Assembly (NCBI RefSeq): GCF_008831285.2
Contig: NC_045138.2
Span: 31,434,001 to 31,498,000, forward strand
From: Nymphaea colorata
Lineage: Eukaryota
Length of the DNA: 64,000 nt
Direction of reading: 5' to 3'
Positions 1 to 14,300 of the stretch are shown one piece after another. The notes under the pieces were generated by a model that did not search any database, had not been told where the DNA came from, and saw nothing but the letters and a program-made list of their open reading frames with translations. The translations under genes were made by a program, and so were the position numbers. How positions within the stretch are numbered: position 1 is the stretch's first letter; each line of letters begins with the position of its first letter.

Positions 1-680
1 AAGTGATTGAGGCCAAGACTAGGCATACTGAGAAGCACAGCTGTAGAGGAAGAGGAATGAAGAGAAGTTGAACTGTTGAAAAAGAAGAGAAAAGGAGGAT
101 GAAGAAGAAAGAAAGGCAGGAAGGAAGAACACCAAAATAGCCATACTCAAACGGTTTTTTTTCTTGGGTGGTGCTTTTTTTTTTGGGCTTTTTTTTTTTT
201 TCGGGGGGGTGTTGGCTAGCATAGTTGGGAGAATTTGGCCATGGACTGTTCATATTGATTCACACCTGAATGTCCGTTTACCTAATTTGGGCCACACCTG
301 CACATGTTAATGTTGGTTCTTCTTTCTTGAGGAGCACTCGTATTATGTAGCTGTTCAAGAATTCAAGTCTAGTTTTCCTGTATCTTATATTTGTGTTGTT
401 CTAGTTTGTTATGTTTATTTCTATAATGGTATTTACATCTGCAGAGTGACACTATTAGGCATCTCTTTTTCTTTAACATGCTTGTAAGTTGTAAATGATA
501 GTTTTCTGAGTTTTGTGTATGTCCCTTCTCATCTGTGCATTTATGTTGGCTATAGTGATGTTGATCATTTTATACTATGGCCTAAATTGTTAATAATATG
601 CATTTCAGGTTTCTTCTATTCATCTTATTGTTAAACATTTATAACTGAACTTCCAGAATTGGAAATAATTCATTTTTCAG

Positions 681-3600
681 GAGAAGAAAAGTATTAGACC
701 AACATTTTCCGCAGAGCGCATATTTGGTGGAACTTTACTGGCGATTTGCTCAAATGACTTCATTTGTTTCTATGATTGGCAAGAATGCAGACTCATTCGC
801 CGAATAGATGTTGTTGTCAAAGTATGCAAATTCTTTTTCTTGATCAATCTATGGATTATGGGCTATCTCTGAAATAGAAGGAAGAAGAGTTTGATTGATA
901 GTAGCTTTCTGATTTTTCATTTGTATCGTGTAACAGAACTTGTATTGGGCAGATAGTGGCGACCTACTTTCAATTGCAAGTGATACATCATTTTATATTC
1001 TGAAATATAATGTAAGTTACTGGAACCTGTGCTATCCTATTTATACTCTACTGCTGCTTTCCTTTACATGCCACTTTTTCTGCTTACTTTTTCACTCCAA
1101 AAGGCTTGTTAGGTAGCTTCACGTTGGAATGAAACCTGTGCTATGCTATTTATACTATGAATTCAACTGTCGGTTGAGATCTACTTTCTTCTAAATTGGC
1201 AGAGAGATATAGTATCATTGCATCTAGATAGCGGGAAATCAACAGATGAGCAGGGTGTTGAAGAAGCATTTGAGGTTCTCCATGAGATGAATGAGCGTGT
1301 ACGCACAGGAATCTGGGTTGGTGATTGTTTCATCTACAACAACTCTTCTTGGCGGTTGAACTATTGTGTTGGTGGTGAGGTATGTGATTTCTTTTAATTT
1401 TCATGTTATGAAACCTTGAAGCATAGACACCTTTCAGCAATAATGATGGCATCGACTTCTTTAACTACTTTAGGTGACCACCATGTTTCATTTGGATCGG
1501 CCAATGTACCTGCTTGGTTATCTTGCAAGTCAGAGCCGTGTTTATCTCATAGACAAAGAGTTCAAGTAAGGTCGCTTAACAGTTCATTCTTGATCATAGT
1601 AATGCTTGGATATTCAAACTATGGACTCCTCCCTTTGCAGCGTTATGGGATATACTCTGCTTCTCAGTTTGATTGAGTATAAAACTCTTGTAATGCGTGG
1701 AGACCTGGAACGTGCAAATGAAGTCTTACCGTCAATTCCAAAGGAGCATCTCAATAGGTACTTCTATAGTGTATAACTCAAGTTTATATGGTTATGCATG
1801 TGCATATTTTGATTGCTCTTCATGTTTGGCTTAGTTATATGGATTCTTTTTCCAATTTGAGATATTTTAAGGTGAAAGTGAACCTGGTCATCTTCAGTTA
1901 ACAGAAAAGTAGGGATGTGGGGGAGCATGTTAGAAGAATAAATGTTATGCACTCGAATTCACATTCTTGTGAAATTACCTATGTGATGTTCTTTTAGAGT
2001 ACTGAGAATTTCTAGTTCAAGTATCAGAGTACGACAGATATTATTGTGTATGAATTCAAACTTGCCATAAGTTGGAATTAGTGCCTTGAGAAGTTATCTC
2101 TCCTGTTATAGTGAGAGCATTGGAAATTGCTAACACGACAAAACTATAATCTGTATTATGTCTGTGGTACTTTGTTGACAGCGCGTTGGTTATTTTTTGT
2201 TTTGATGGGTTATTCTTGTCATAATAAGTGTGGCCCACTTTTTGGAGTCTCGGGGAATGCTAGAGGACGCATTGGAAGTGGCAACAGACCCTAATTACAA
2301 ATTTGATTTAGCTGTACAGCTTGGAAGGCTGGAGGTGGCAAAGGTATGCTGATTGCATCTCTATGGCAAACTTTTTTTGGCTTGAAGTGCTGCACACTAT
2401 ATTCTCTGTTCACGTTACAAGAAAGGTCATCATCAAGGGTGTAAGCATAACATGTCTTTCGTTCAGGCTATTGCGGTTGAAGTACAAAGTGAATCAAAAT
2501 GGAAGCAGTTAGGAGAATTGGCAATGTCTACTGGAAAGGTACACATTTTTTCCCCCTTAATTGGGTTTGCTATTAGAGAACTTGTATTTGTGAGTCAATT
2601 AATATTATCTTTAGGAGGGACTCAACGAAATTACATGTTGTAGTAGTTTTCTTTATTTAGCTGACATATACAACTAGGAACTCGGTACATAGGTACTCTT
2701 TGGCATGTTAAGTATTACTTAATTCACATCAATGACATAGCGGTTGTTCTCTTTAAAACTGTCTTCTTGAAAATTGCCTTGGTTGATGTCCTTGTTAATA
2801 TTATATTTAAGAATTATGGGTTACAAACTCTGCTGAGAGTATCTGGAAGGGTATTTTCTACCAATAATGTGATTAAAGTGGACTAGGAAGCCACAAAACC
2901 AAGAAAAAGTCACTCACAGTGTCTTCTTTCTTGCTGCTTTATTTTGTTACTACTCTGCTTCACTTCCTCTTTCTGGCTTCTGGTGACTATCTTCTACCCA
3001 GGAGGCATGATGGCATAGGTATGTGTAAGCTTTCAGCTTCGTGCAAGAAGCTTATTTACCAAGTGCTATTAAGCTGCCTTCTACTAATCATGCCTCCTTC
3101 ATTGAAGAGCCAAGTCAGCATAGGAAGCAAAGTTAGGAAAGACTTATGGAAGGGAAACTTCTGCTCTCCTTAGGCCAGTAAAGGCTCTGCAACTTCCCTT
3201 CTATAGCTCCTTCGATTTCCCAAGGATGGGGTTATCTAATGCCCTCCTTCTTGTTGCATGAAAGAGAGGGATATGGATAGAAAATATTTGTGTTCCTTCA
3301 GCCTTTGTCAAAATCAAACTCCTTGATATATATAAAATATGTCATACCAGACATGATTTTAAGCTTTTAATGAAAATAAACTTCAAAATAAGCCTCATAA
3401 AACAGATTCACTTTTACATTTTTTAATCAAAATAATCTTTTTAAAGTCACGTAGACAACGAATTTGTGGATATTGGATAGGTAGATAGGTTCTATTCAAC
3501 ACAAATTCACATAAATGAACTCATTTCTAATCAAAATTAAACTGTAAAATCAACTGCATAATCCTCAAATAAGCCGCATAAAAAGTCGTAGGCCACATGA

Positions 3601-6600
3601 AAACATAAATAGTCACAAATCAGTGATCAATGTATAGAGATTCTGTAATAACTAAAAAAGCATATTTTGGAGGGAGAGAACCGTTGGCTATCAGAGAGCA
3701 CAGACCCGGCCATGAATAGGTCTACTGCATGAAATGACATTACAGACTTAGCCACACTAGGGGGTGGGGGAAAGGGAGAGAGAGAGAGAGAGAGTCTTGC
3801 TGGAGCATGCAGGTTGTTACCTGTTGGAGAGAGGGAGAGCAGGGACATTTTTCCTTCTTTTTTTTTTTTTTTTTTGAGGAGGGGTTTAGGGAGGCGAGCA
3901 TTGTGCTCCTTTTCATTTTCTTTTTATTTGTTAGAACAGAAAAGGACATCTATGAACTCACATGTCTTTTGGACATAAATAGCGAAGCTGCACATCTCAC
4001 CTGTCTTTACCACATACTTTAAGCCATTAGCTCGAGTTGGATGTGTATCTATTTTGTACACTGGAGCCGCTCCCTATACATGTGAACTCTGGAGTCTGGT
4101 CTGGCTACCCTTTAGGCAAGTCCACTTGACTTAGTGTCCCCTTTTTCCTTCTTCCACTAGCCAGGAGATGTCTGTTTTATAACTTATATAGGTTCCTTAA
4201 CTCATCTCCCCAAGGTTTTGATTACCTCTGGAGGGAGTGTAAAGCTTTGGTGGTCATGGGGTAGGCAAGGTGAAGTGACTGTAGATAGCCAGGTAGTTAG
4301 TTTCAAGCTTCCTTCTTAAAGGATTGTAGGACCGGATCAAGATATGTCTGTTGATTGATTGACTCCATTTTCAAGATCAAGTGAGTGTGATATCTATTAT
4401 TTCCCTTTTCCTGCTTTGTAGTTATCTAAGAAAAAGTGATTTCTCTGTCTCCTTGTAAAAAAAAAAAAAAGGAAAAAGCTGTTCCAAGGAAAGGCTTCCG
4501 AGTCTTTAGAAGAACCTCTGTTAGATATCTAACATTGGCATCCTCATTCTAGCTGTAGAAGTGTCCCAACTTTATCTGACCTATTCAGAACGCTGTTGTG
4601 AAGATATTCTTTGCATTGAGCTTCAAAGCAGTATTAAGCATTCAGTTGGATTTGATAAGGACTCATGGAAATTGACTGAGAAAACGTTTGATCAACATTA
4701 AGAAGTCATGTTCCTCTGTTTCTCAGCTAATCTAGGAGTGTTGGTTGAAAGTTTTTCAATCTCCATATGCATGTCCAGAAGTTTGACTGACAAATTTTGT
4801 GTATTGCAGCTAGAAATGGCTGAGGAATGTATGGTCCAGGCTATGGACTTAAGCGGTTTGTTGCTTCTCTATTCATCTCTTGGAGATGCTGAAGGAATCT
4901 CAAAACTTGCAGCACTTGCTAAGGATCAAGGGAAGAACAATGTTACCTTTCTTTGTCTTTTCATCCTTGGTAGACTGGAGGAGTGTCTTCAATTGTTGGT
5001 GGAAAGGTCACTATTTTGTTTTATTCTGCAGTCCAGATATTTGATCCAGACCTTCATGCAACTTCTGTATTTTACTCAATTTCAAAACTATTGTTTTCTG
5101 GGGATGATTTATGCGCTATTTTCTTCTGCAGTAATAGGATACCAGAGGCTGCTTTGATGGCAAGGTCCTACCTCCCGAGTAAAGTTTCTGAAATAGTCTC
5201 TCTTTGGAGGAATGACCTAAATAAGGTCCTACTTTTTCCCTTGATTTATCCATTCTGAAACTATGTGTTACTAAGCTAGTATGATGCATTTATACGTAGT
5301 TTATGTTTGATGATCTGTTACCCTGGACATTATGCTAACATGGTTTGATTAATTTGTGTGAAGGTGAATAAGAAAGCTTCAGAATCATTAGCAGATCCAA
5401 ATGAGTATTCTAATTTATTTGATGATTGGCAAATCGCTCTTTCTGTTGAAGCTGGTCTTGCTCGGCAAAGGTATACTACTGCTAACATCATTTCAGTCCA
5501 GTGTCTTCTTATTCAGACATGTACACAAATCTGAAGGCCATGACATCATTGACTTCAATTTGTCTTATTCAAACCACGTATGACAAAACTCACTTCCACA
5601 TATATAGTAGTGCTGAAAAATGAGACCAAGGAACTGTAGGAGCTCATGAAGACCATTATGGGAGCCTGATTAGAAACACTCACTGCCTAACTCGTTAAAA
5701 GTAACATTCTGGAAAAGGCAACTGGTAACTAATAGTGTGACTTTAATTTGCTTTTGTCATTGCAGATTGCACAGTGTATTCATTTCACGTGACTTTATCA
5801 CAATTGCTCTATAAAAAATGCAAAAAATATCGGAATGATTATGTGCTTACAATAGAAGGTGAGCCAACAACAAAACCTAGATCAAAACCTGCACCTATAT
5901 TTTGCAGGTACTGAAAACATCCTTCTTCAAGGGGCAACAATGTAATGCCACCCATGTTATATGTTTCCCTTTAAAGTGCATATTTTGCGGCACTTTTTCT
6001 CTTTTTTCAAGGCCTTTCTATAGGTCACTAAGAAGTCCATCTTCTCGCTATCGATTGATACAGGCTCGTTTATTTTGAGAACAAAAGCATTACATTATTT
6101 TTTTTTTCACCTATTTCTTAACTTAATGTTAGAAATTGCTTAATAATAACTTTGCAATACACTAATACCGCACAAGAGCGACCTGAAAATGTAAAAACGA
6201 AGTGAATTATATTATGGAATTTTATTTATTCCAGAATTTTTTTAATATTTTTTGTTTTTTCTAATCATAAATTTGTTGAGATTCTCCCAAATGTTTCTGA
6301 AGAAAATAAAATATTTGAGTTAATTATGAAATTTTTACATGCTAAAAAATTCCCAAGAACGACCATTGCCATTATGGGTACATGATGTGTATTCATTTAC
6401 TACATTTGATCTTTGCCCGAAGGCTGAGAAAAGTACTCATGATGCTTACTCGTTTATACTTGCAGAAACAAACGAAACTAAGGGGGCATTTAGATAAAAC
6501 GTAAAAGGCAACTGTTTCTATTTGGATATCTTTCTCATTTTCCTTTCTATCTCAAAAGCTGTCTTTTTTTTGCTTTTCAATGAAGGTCTGTGGACAGAAA

Positions 6601-8597
6601 TTATGTCCTATTGTCTCTTGAGTATTTCTAAACTGCAAATGAAAACTATTCTCCTCTATTGCTACAAGGATGTAACATTTCTTCGAACATGGTAATACAT
6701 ATAGGTATTACGTTTGTATGTTTCAGATGCCTTCAGGTTGTGTCTAAGGAAAACATCTAAATCATCTATTGCAAAGATGCTCCAGGTAAGCTTGAAGTCT
6801 GGGCAAATCTGAGACACAGGTCTAAGCCTCCTTAGTACGTGTTAAAAAATAGTAAAGAAACAATGGTAAATAAAATCCTTTAGTTAAGAAGTAATAGGTA
6901 ACAGTACTCAAATAAGTGCTGCATCATGATGGTAGCATGAATGCAATAACTCGGCCTATTATAAAGCATGAAAATTTGAACAAATTTTTGAAAGAAAATA
7001 CTAAAAACTAGCCAAGTGCTCCAAATTAACATAACGGAAAAGATTCTTTTGATAACATACTGCAGACATTATCCCCTCCCTCCTCCCTACCCTCCCTTCC
7101 CCCACTACAACCTCTTCCCTTCTGTCCTGTTGACCTTGTCAGTTATTAGTTACCTTCGTATTGTTTTATTTGTTATGCAATCAAATAAAATAAACCAAGG
7201 TGGGAAATAACTGTCAAGGTCAATAGGACAGAGAGTAAGCAACAAACACATGGAGTCGCAACTTCCATCTCCTAAAGTTTACGAGTACATCCTTAGTATC
7301 CCAGCCCAATATAAGTTTCAAGTTGAAAAAGAAGATGTCAGCATCTCCCTCTTCGTCTTTGTCTTCGTGTTCACTTGTTTCTTCATATTTGGGTAGCATA
7401 TCTATGTCTCTGCATTCACATTGGCTTCTGAGGTATCAACCTTGTCTTCTCCCTGACTTGTGGTGTTTGTGCATTTTCTTGTAGAGTGATGAGAGGCAGT
7501 GAACATACATCTTACTATGCAGAGACTTCATGATCTGGCATTTTATGTCAAAGGCTAGTCTATAACATTTTATTCTATTTAATCCACCTAGAGTCTGATG
7601 TGAGCAAAAGCTAGAAAATTAACTTTTTCTGAACATTGTTATGCTGGGTCACTATGATGATTCCTTTTCCTTGTATTTCCTACTCATTTTCAATATTGCT
7701 CTATTTAGTGTGCCACCATAAAGATCAATCCATGTTGCAACCATTAATAATTTAATCTTCATGACATGGAAATAACAAATCCATATAAAGAATCATATCT
7801 TCATGAAGTGTGAACAGCAGGTCCTAACAAAAACTAATATCTTTGTAGTTGTTAGAGTTACTGTTTTGTCATTTTAGTACTACAATCAGGAACGTCACCA
7901 CCATTAGCATGCCCATTGATCTGTCTCCTGGACATTGTAAGGCTTCTAAGTTCTAATTTGATTAAATGTTGACTTACTCATCTAACTGATGGATTTGGAG
8001 TCGTCGTTGTAATCTAACTTTTACCCTTATTTGCAACTAGTGTTCGCATTATATGGAATTCATGCAATGTGATGTAAATACCATGAAACAGGGGCCTTTA
8101 TCCACCTGCCGAGGAGTACTTGAGTTATTGGGATAGACGCCAAACCAATCTTGTGGAAGCATTTAAAAGCATGCAAATTGGCGATGAAACAGCTATGCCT
8201 ATGGAAAATGGTGATTTCATCCATGAGGTAAGTGGTGCTTAGTTGTTTTAATGTGAAGTGGTACTTTAGTGCCTGTAAAGAGAGGGATTTGGTCATGGTA
8301 TTACTAATGTTTAATCTTCATCAACTTGAAGATGCAGTTTGTTTATTTTGACTTGGAGAATAAATTTATTCTTTGGGTGTCCTACATTTGGTTTCCTACG
8401 TGGAGTGGGTTTTCCTCATTCCTTTATTCCTACATCGAGAAGCTTGCATTTCTTTTAATTTTCAGTTGATTTTTTCCGCTTATCTGATTTTCTTATCCTT
8501 CGCTTTGTTTTTTAAAATGAGTGAGCACTTGTTTCCTGGTTCCTTATTTTGGTCTGTCACACAGGCTTGCCTAGTAGGCGCTACCAGCTGTGTTGAC

Positions 8598-8651
<54 letters not shown>

Positions 8652-9176
8652 TGCCCTGTGCTGTTGCTGGAACCTATCACTAGAAAAACTGTGGCCACAT
8701 GAGTATTAGCAATAGTTTATGATGCAGCAATGTTTCATGGCGCCTTTAGGGATGAATTTTCAATTTTTAACCATATGGCAACATCCGACACACAACAATG
8801 GGTGTATGTGCATGTAACTGATCTATGACTCTTTTCTGCAATTATTTAATTGATCAAAGCACGTCAAATACTTGGGCTTAAGCTTTAGATTTGAGGAAGT
8901 CTTTGTCAAATGATGGGCCTGACTTGGTGGACATGGGTGCGTTTTCACTATCGCACTTTTTGGTTTCAAATTGGATATTTATTTATGTATTTATTTTATT
9001 CATTTATATAGGAAGCGGAGGAAGATGTGGAGGAAGAGGAAGCGGTGGAGGAAGAGGGTCAGGACGAGGTGGTTGATGTGGAGGCTGAGGATTCAACGGA
9101 CAGTGCTGTCCTCGTCAATGGTAACGAGTCTGATGAACAGTGGGGTATGAATAACAAAGGAACTCCATCAGCATAA
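681..9176 (+). CDS. COPB2: Coatomer subunit beta' (beta'-COP, COPB2/SEC27 family); 3' part of a spliced gene whose 5' exons lie upstream of the window
   Basis: Twelve GT-AG exons splice in frame: 681-821, 937-1011, 1203-1379, 1474-1565, 1641-1757, 2229-2343, 2467-2538, 4810-5006, 5132-5225, 5364-5470, 8092-8227, 9012-9176 (1488 nt, 495 aa + TAA). Translation includes [108 protein letters not shown] and an acidic tail ending [12 protein letters not shown], matching plant beta'-COP. Confidence 0.96.
8602..8649. repeat. (TA)n microsatellite in the last beta'-COP intron
   Basis: Uninterrupted AT dinucleotide run. Confidence 0.95.
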
Positions 9177-10424
9177 CACCCCTCCCCACTGCTAGTCACT
9201 GCTTCGCAGTGTAAAATCCAAATTTTGTCCCTGGTGATTAATTAAGTTTCCTCTAAAATCCCCATAATTACTCCCTCCTTTCAGTTTATCATTATTAGTA
9301 TTATTATCATCATCATAACCTCTGTAGACATAGCGACCATAGGTTAGAGCTCAAAAAGAATTGAGACGGCATGACCATGATGGCATTCATAGAAAGGAGT
9401 GTTGCTATGGTTAAGGTTGTCTGCCTTTTTTGCTAGCAAGGTGCTGTAATTCGCTTTCAGCATTTAACTGTTGGACATGTTCCAAATCTAAGAGAGCAGT
9501 AGCAAGTGTCATCTCATTTACAGTAACCAGAATAGCAGGCGCGTGTACTGGATACACCTTTGATTTGGATACACCAGCTTTCGGATCTGAATCATTCACA
9601 TCTCGTGGTCCACGCAGCATTGGCTCATCCAAGCTGGATTTGGCCTCTCATGTTCATGAATTCTTCTTGCTAGGCTGATGTCCTGCATTTAGAAAACGGT
9701 CGATAATCATGATCTGGCATTCAAGCAATAAGGAAAATGGAATGCCATTGGTCCTCTTATCTCTCCTTCTGTACCCATCACCACCCAACTGTTCCTCAAG
9801 CACTGGATTGATTCAGAACCTGTATGATTCTGCCACGTCTGGGCATCCTCAAGGTGCTATTCTAAATGCCTGAAAGACTTTTCCTTTGTGGATCCTAAGG
9901 AAAAAGTTGTTTGGGAACTAATGTTTGGCCAAAAGCTCATATGCGGTTTAGAGGTCTGGAAGCTTCTTGCCTTCGCATGCATCCATCAATCGTTTTCTAA
10001 AAGTCAGAATCTTATAGCTGTGAAGCATTCAACTGTCTTAAACCCCGTATTTTTAATTCGTTTGACTTGTAGGTGCGGATTGTTTGTTTCTTATTCATTT
10101 GGCGTAGGAACATTAATAAAGCTTGGATGGCGAGAGCGCCGAATTCCCGCATTATTCATGTCCTCATGAACACTAAATTTATATTTGATGTCTGCCATCC
10201 TTATCGTTATTAAAGTCTCAGTTGTTGCTCAGAGGATAAGGGAATGCGACTCTTTTTTTAACGTCTTCTGAAAAATCTTTCCATGGTTTAGCTTATTATT
10301 GTTTTTATGATTTATCATTATTTTTAGTGCTTGTGAAATTGATTGTCGCTGAAAATGTTAGTAGATAGGGACTCGTGTGCTCTACAGCTGTGATTGACTA
10401 CCTATTCCTTTGCTGAGCTTGCAG

Positions 10425-10444
10425 TGTTGGCGCCACGTCAGTAG
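10425..10444 (+). CDS. COPB2: Candidate alternative terminal exon of beta'-COP giving ...EQWVLAPRQ*
   Basis: Internal donor TGGG|GTATGA after 9144 joined to acceptor ...CTTGCAG|TG at 10425 gives in-frame GTG TTG GCG CCA CGT CAG TAG; resembles the W-V-L-T-P-x-x endings I recall for plant beta'-COP isoforms. Confidence 0.65.
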
Positions 10445-11721
10445 TTTCTCGGAAGCAGGTATCAGATTTTGAATGAGTTCGCAGGATATTTTTTTCCTGC
10501 CTCCCATTTGATCCACGGAACGGGTGGAGTAAGCTGAGGTGCCCTTGTTTTGATCCTTAGAGAAATGCTCATGAATGTCAATATTTTTTTTATTTTTTTA
10601 GAGTTATGTATGTATATTTTTAACTTTAGATTCACATGTTCCTGTATTTCCCAGAGAAAAAGCAGATCTTTTGAAAATGTCAGCGAGGTTCTCCCTCACA
10701 AAGAAAAGAAGAACCTGAAAAAAAATTGAGTTTTTTTGTTACTATGGGCCGCCATGGTGCTCGAGTTGGGCAGAGCCCGAGTTTGATCTCCCATGCTGGT
10801 TTGGATTTCGTCTGATTCTTTGCAGCGTGTTGGATTCTGTGAGTTTCACGTCCATTCCGGTCTGCTTTGTATGGTCGGGTCTCAAATTAAGACATCTAAA
10901 TCTGATGTGGCAGGATTACAATGGGATCATCGATTGTTAGCTTGATTTTTGTTCTCTTGCACATTACGAAAGATGACAAAATTCAGATCTAAATATATAA
11001 TATTTACTCCTGGGTTTTTCTGACTCGTGAATTGGGTTCGGATCCCAATTCGCGGTATTCCTGCTGTGTCTCCTCTGTTTCACGAGAAGTTAGTAAGGAG
11101 GTAAACAGTCTGATATTTGGATATCGTTCCGAGATTTTAGTTTTTTTGCGGTTATCGGTGACATCTAAATTCCCCTTCATATTTTTTACTCGATACAAAT
11201 CCAAATTATTTGTCCTATAAACTAGATCCTTCCTATGTGCTTTGCTAGGGGTCTGAGTGCTTGAGTCGGTCGAGTCTCCTTGTCCGCGTTCAACAAGTAC
11301 CGTGTTGGGGTCTGCTGGTCTCGTTCATCTAGGTGCATCTGGGATTTGCAAAACATTGGTTCTTGGTCCTGTAAAGCGTGTAAATCTCATTTCTATTGCG
11401 TCCAAATTCGAACAGAAGTGAGGCGAAAGTTTTTCGTCAACGCTTTTCAATGGAAAAAAAGTATATATCTTTAATTGGGCCGGCCTTCTCTTTTCGTCAA
11501 TGGGAGTAGCAAATGAACAAACTTTAATTATTGTGCTCCTTTTCCCACACCCCCCCAACACACGGCATCTCTCTTGTCTACGCGTAGATGGCTTTGGCTT
11601 TGTGGCCATGGCCATAAGCTCTTCTTCTAATTATATACATGAGGATTCTTGGCGTTGGCTGTCCATATACATGGGCCATCCAACACTATGGCTGTGCCTT
11701 GGCTGTATTTCAAAAAGTTGA

Positions 11722-11915
11722 CTGCATAGAAATCGTTGAGAGAAATTTCTGATTGCTAGGCATCAATAGTTTAATTTTTAAAATTTGAAGGGACAGTCAT
11801 ATATAAATTATGAAAAGATAACAAAGCATCAATATGAAAATAAGAAATTTTATATGGCCAGGTTCGGGCAATTGCCCACATGAACCCAAACGTCCTTCCT
11901 CCATTGCTGCATAGA
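11722..11915 (-). mobile_element. Decayed MITE of a CAGTGGCGG-like terminus family
   Basis: Direct repeat CTGCATAGA at 11722-11730 and 11907-11915; right end reads CAATGGAGG...GTGGGCAATTGCCC on the minus strand, resembling the element at 39266 (CAGTAGCGGAG...GTGGGCAACTGCCC). Left TIR not recognisable. Confidence 0.4.
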
Positions 11916-14264
11916 TCCCGTTGGAATATTCAGAACCAATGGCTCAAATAATCCCGTTGATGCCTTTTGCACTTTCAGAATATAAAACAAACAAAATCGA
12001 GATTATATGACGGAACATCGTTCTTTATTTTTGCGAATTTAGATGATCGGACCATATCTGTGTGGTCGGATCAATGAAACTCAGCCAGCATCTGGCCGAA
12101 CTGTCCGGACAGACAAAAAAATGTGGCTGGCGGAATATATACCTGTCATTAACGAGGCTTTTGCCCCAACGAGCGCCAGAAAATGCTTCTAATGTTTTGT
12201 GTCGTTGTCAGTGCCGCGTTGTGCAGCATGGCTTTGCAAGTCTTTATTGAAAGGTCCATATTGCATTCGAACTGGACAAATTCGAGTTTCCCCCAAACTT
12301 CCATGCATGTTCCACTCTTTCAGTCTCCTTCAAATTGTCTTTTACTTGAGATACGCAAATTGCAAGCACTAGCCTCTTAGTGGCAAATTGTCTTTTTATT
12401 TTTTCAATAGCAATTAGAACTTTTAGTTGCATTATTTTGCTAAGTTCTTTTCTTGCCGCCACCTGCGAAACCATCTGCCAAGAGAAAAACTTGTCCTGCT
12501 CTTCTCCTACCACTACTGCTAAAGTTACGCATTCACTAACAAGTAAGCATGTAGCTTGAAGCATGACTTACTTGCAAACTAATCAGTACCTCTAAGGTTT
12601 GTCCATGTGGGGTGTAAGCTTGACGGTTACGAGAGGTTACAAAATTTAAAAGAAATTATGTTAGGGGAAGATTTTGTTTGCAAAATCTTAAAATTTAAAA
12701 AAAAAATTAAAAAGTTGGGGGATGTCCGTTTAGGTTTTCATGGTAAACCTTTAGATCTTCAGAGTTTCAGGTGAAAGTGGTGAAGAGGTCAGCATCAAAG
12801 GCCTGCCTGCTAAATTTCAAACCGGGGGTCCATTCTTCCGAGTTGAAATTCATCTCCAATGGTGGCATCTGAGGTGCCTTTGTTAAATCTGAGTCGTGTG
12901 ATACTAGTTAAGGGCCTATACAAGTGGCCATAGAAGAGTTCCGAAGCGTAAACTACATGATATTTACCAACGGCAGATGATGATGATGAGCCAGAAAATT
13001 TATCCGTGGAAGTTTTATAAAAAAGTTTATAGGAGTCGAAAGAATATCTTTCGAAAAAATATATATATATAAAAGAATTGAACCTCTAATAATTCAACGA
13101 CCCCCCAACTCCGATTATATTTTATTCAAAGGTGATACCGTGGCGATTTCAAAATTTTAGTAAGTTTACCAATGTTCTGCCTTTTCGATTTTGCTACTGC
13201 TTTTTATGCCCATCTTCTAAGGTCTTGCTGAGAAAGAAAAACAAGTTCCAGTCTATCGTGAAATTGATTTCCTGATACTGATGTCTTGAAATGGCGAAGG
13301 AGACGAAGCTAGAGTCCCATTTGGATCTAGCTGGAACGTTATCTTGGATTTTTGAAATGGGCATGAACCAAAAGAATGTCTAAGCACAAGGGTCGATCTG
13401 GGTTGCATATACATCAGGTTACAGGAGCTCGAAATATTCTTTTTATCAGGTGGCAGCTCCATGATTAAAAGTGGACCCCGATATGTTTGAACACATACGT
13501 CCGGCCCATTAATCTGCTGCTGGACACTCTTAATGTTTTCTCTGTCACAGACTAGGACTGAGGGATGAAGACAGTTTCGCGCCATGTTTACTTGCTCTAT
13601 ACGTTTTTTTCTTTTTCTCTCCTCTTATTTAAGCATTAAAGAAGGGCTTCATCTTGTAATGATAGATGTCCAGGAATCTGCTGAGCTGACATTATTCCCA
13701 TAGGTACAACTTCAATATATTCAGTGCTTCAAAACGAAGCATCCCCATTTAAAATTTCTGTAGAAGTTGGACAAGTGTATTATGCGTAAGTCTAGAGTTA
13801 AGTCTGCACATCTCTCTCTCTAACCTCTCTCTGGTTTTTGAAATGAATGCACATTCATTGTGAGGTTTGAGCGTATATACCAACATGGTTCATTGCAACT
13901 GCGGAAAAGGTAGGTTCGCAAATTCGTCTTACCAAGGTTTATCAGAAGCAATTTATCGGGTATAGTAAGAAACTTTCTGTCAAATTTAGTAACTTGTTCT
14001 TAGAAGTGGGGCAGACAGACCATGAACAGCTGAAGAATAGTAAAAAAAAAAAGTAATAATAGGAAAACATATTTTAAATTCAAAAGGTAAAATGATTCGT
14101 CAACAACTTTTTTATATATAGTATCTGCACTTCCATCTCCATAGTATCTTGAATTCTTTTATTATGATTAAGTTGAGAAACATTTTAAAATGTTCACGTA
14201 TACAGAGCGAGCAGGAGTCCAAGAAACAGCTGGAAGGTTAGGTAGTATTATGATAACTAAAGAG

Positions 14265-14300
<36 letters not shown>

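Noticed and set aside
4708..5258. 149-aa and 91-aa ORFs as standalone genes
   Set aside because: They are beta'-COP exons plus flanking intron read-through.
8373..8702. ORFs with IYIYIY runs (also 31064-31306 and 35678-35884)
   Set aside because: Translations of (TA)n microsatellites.
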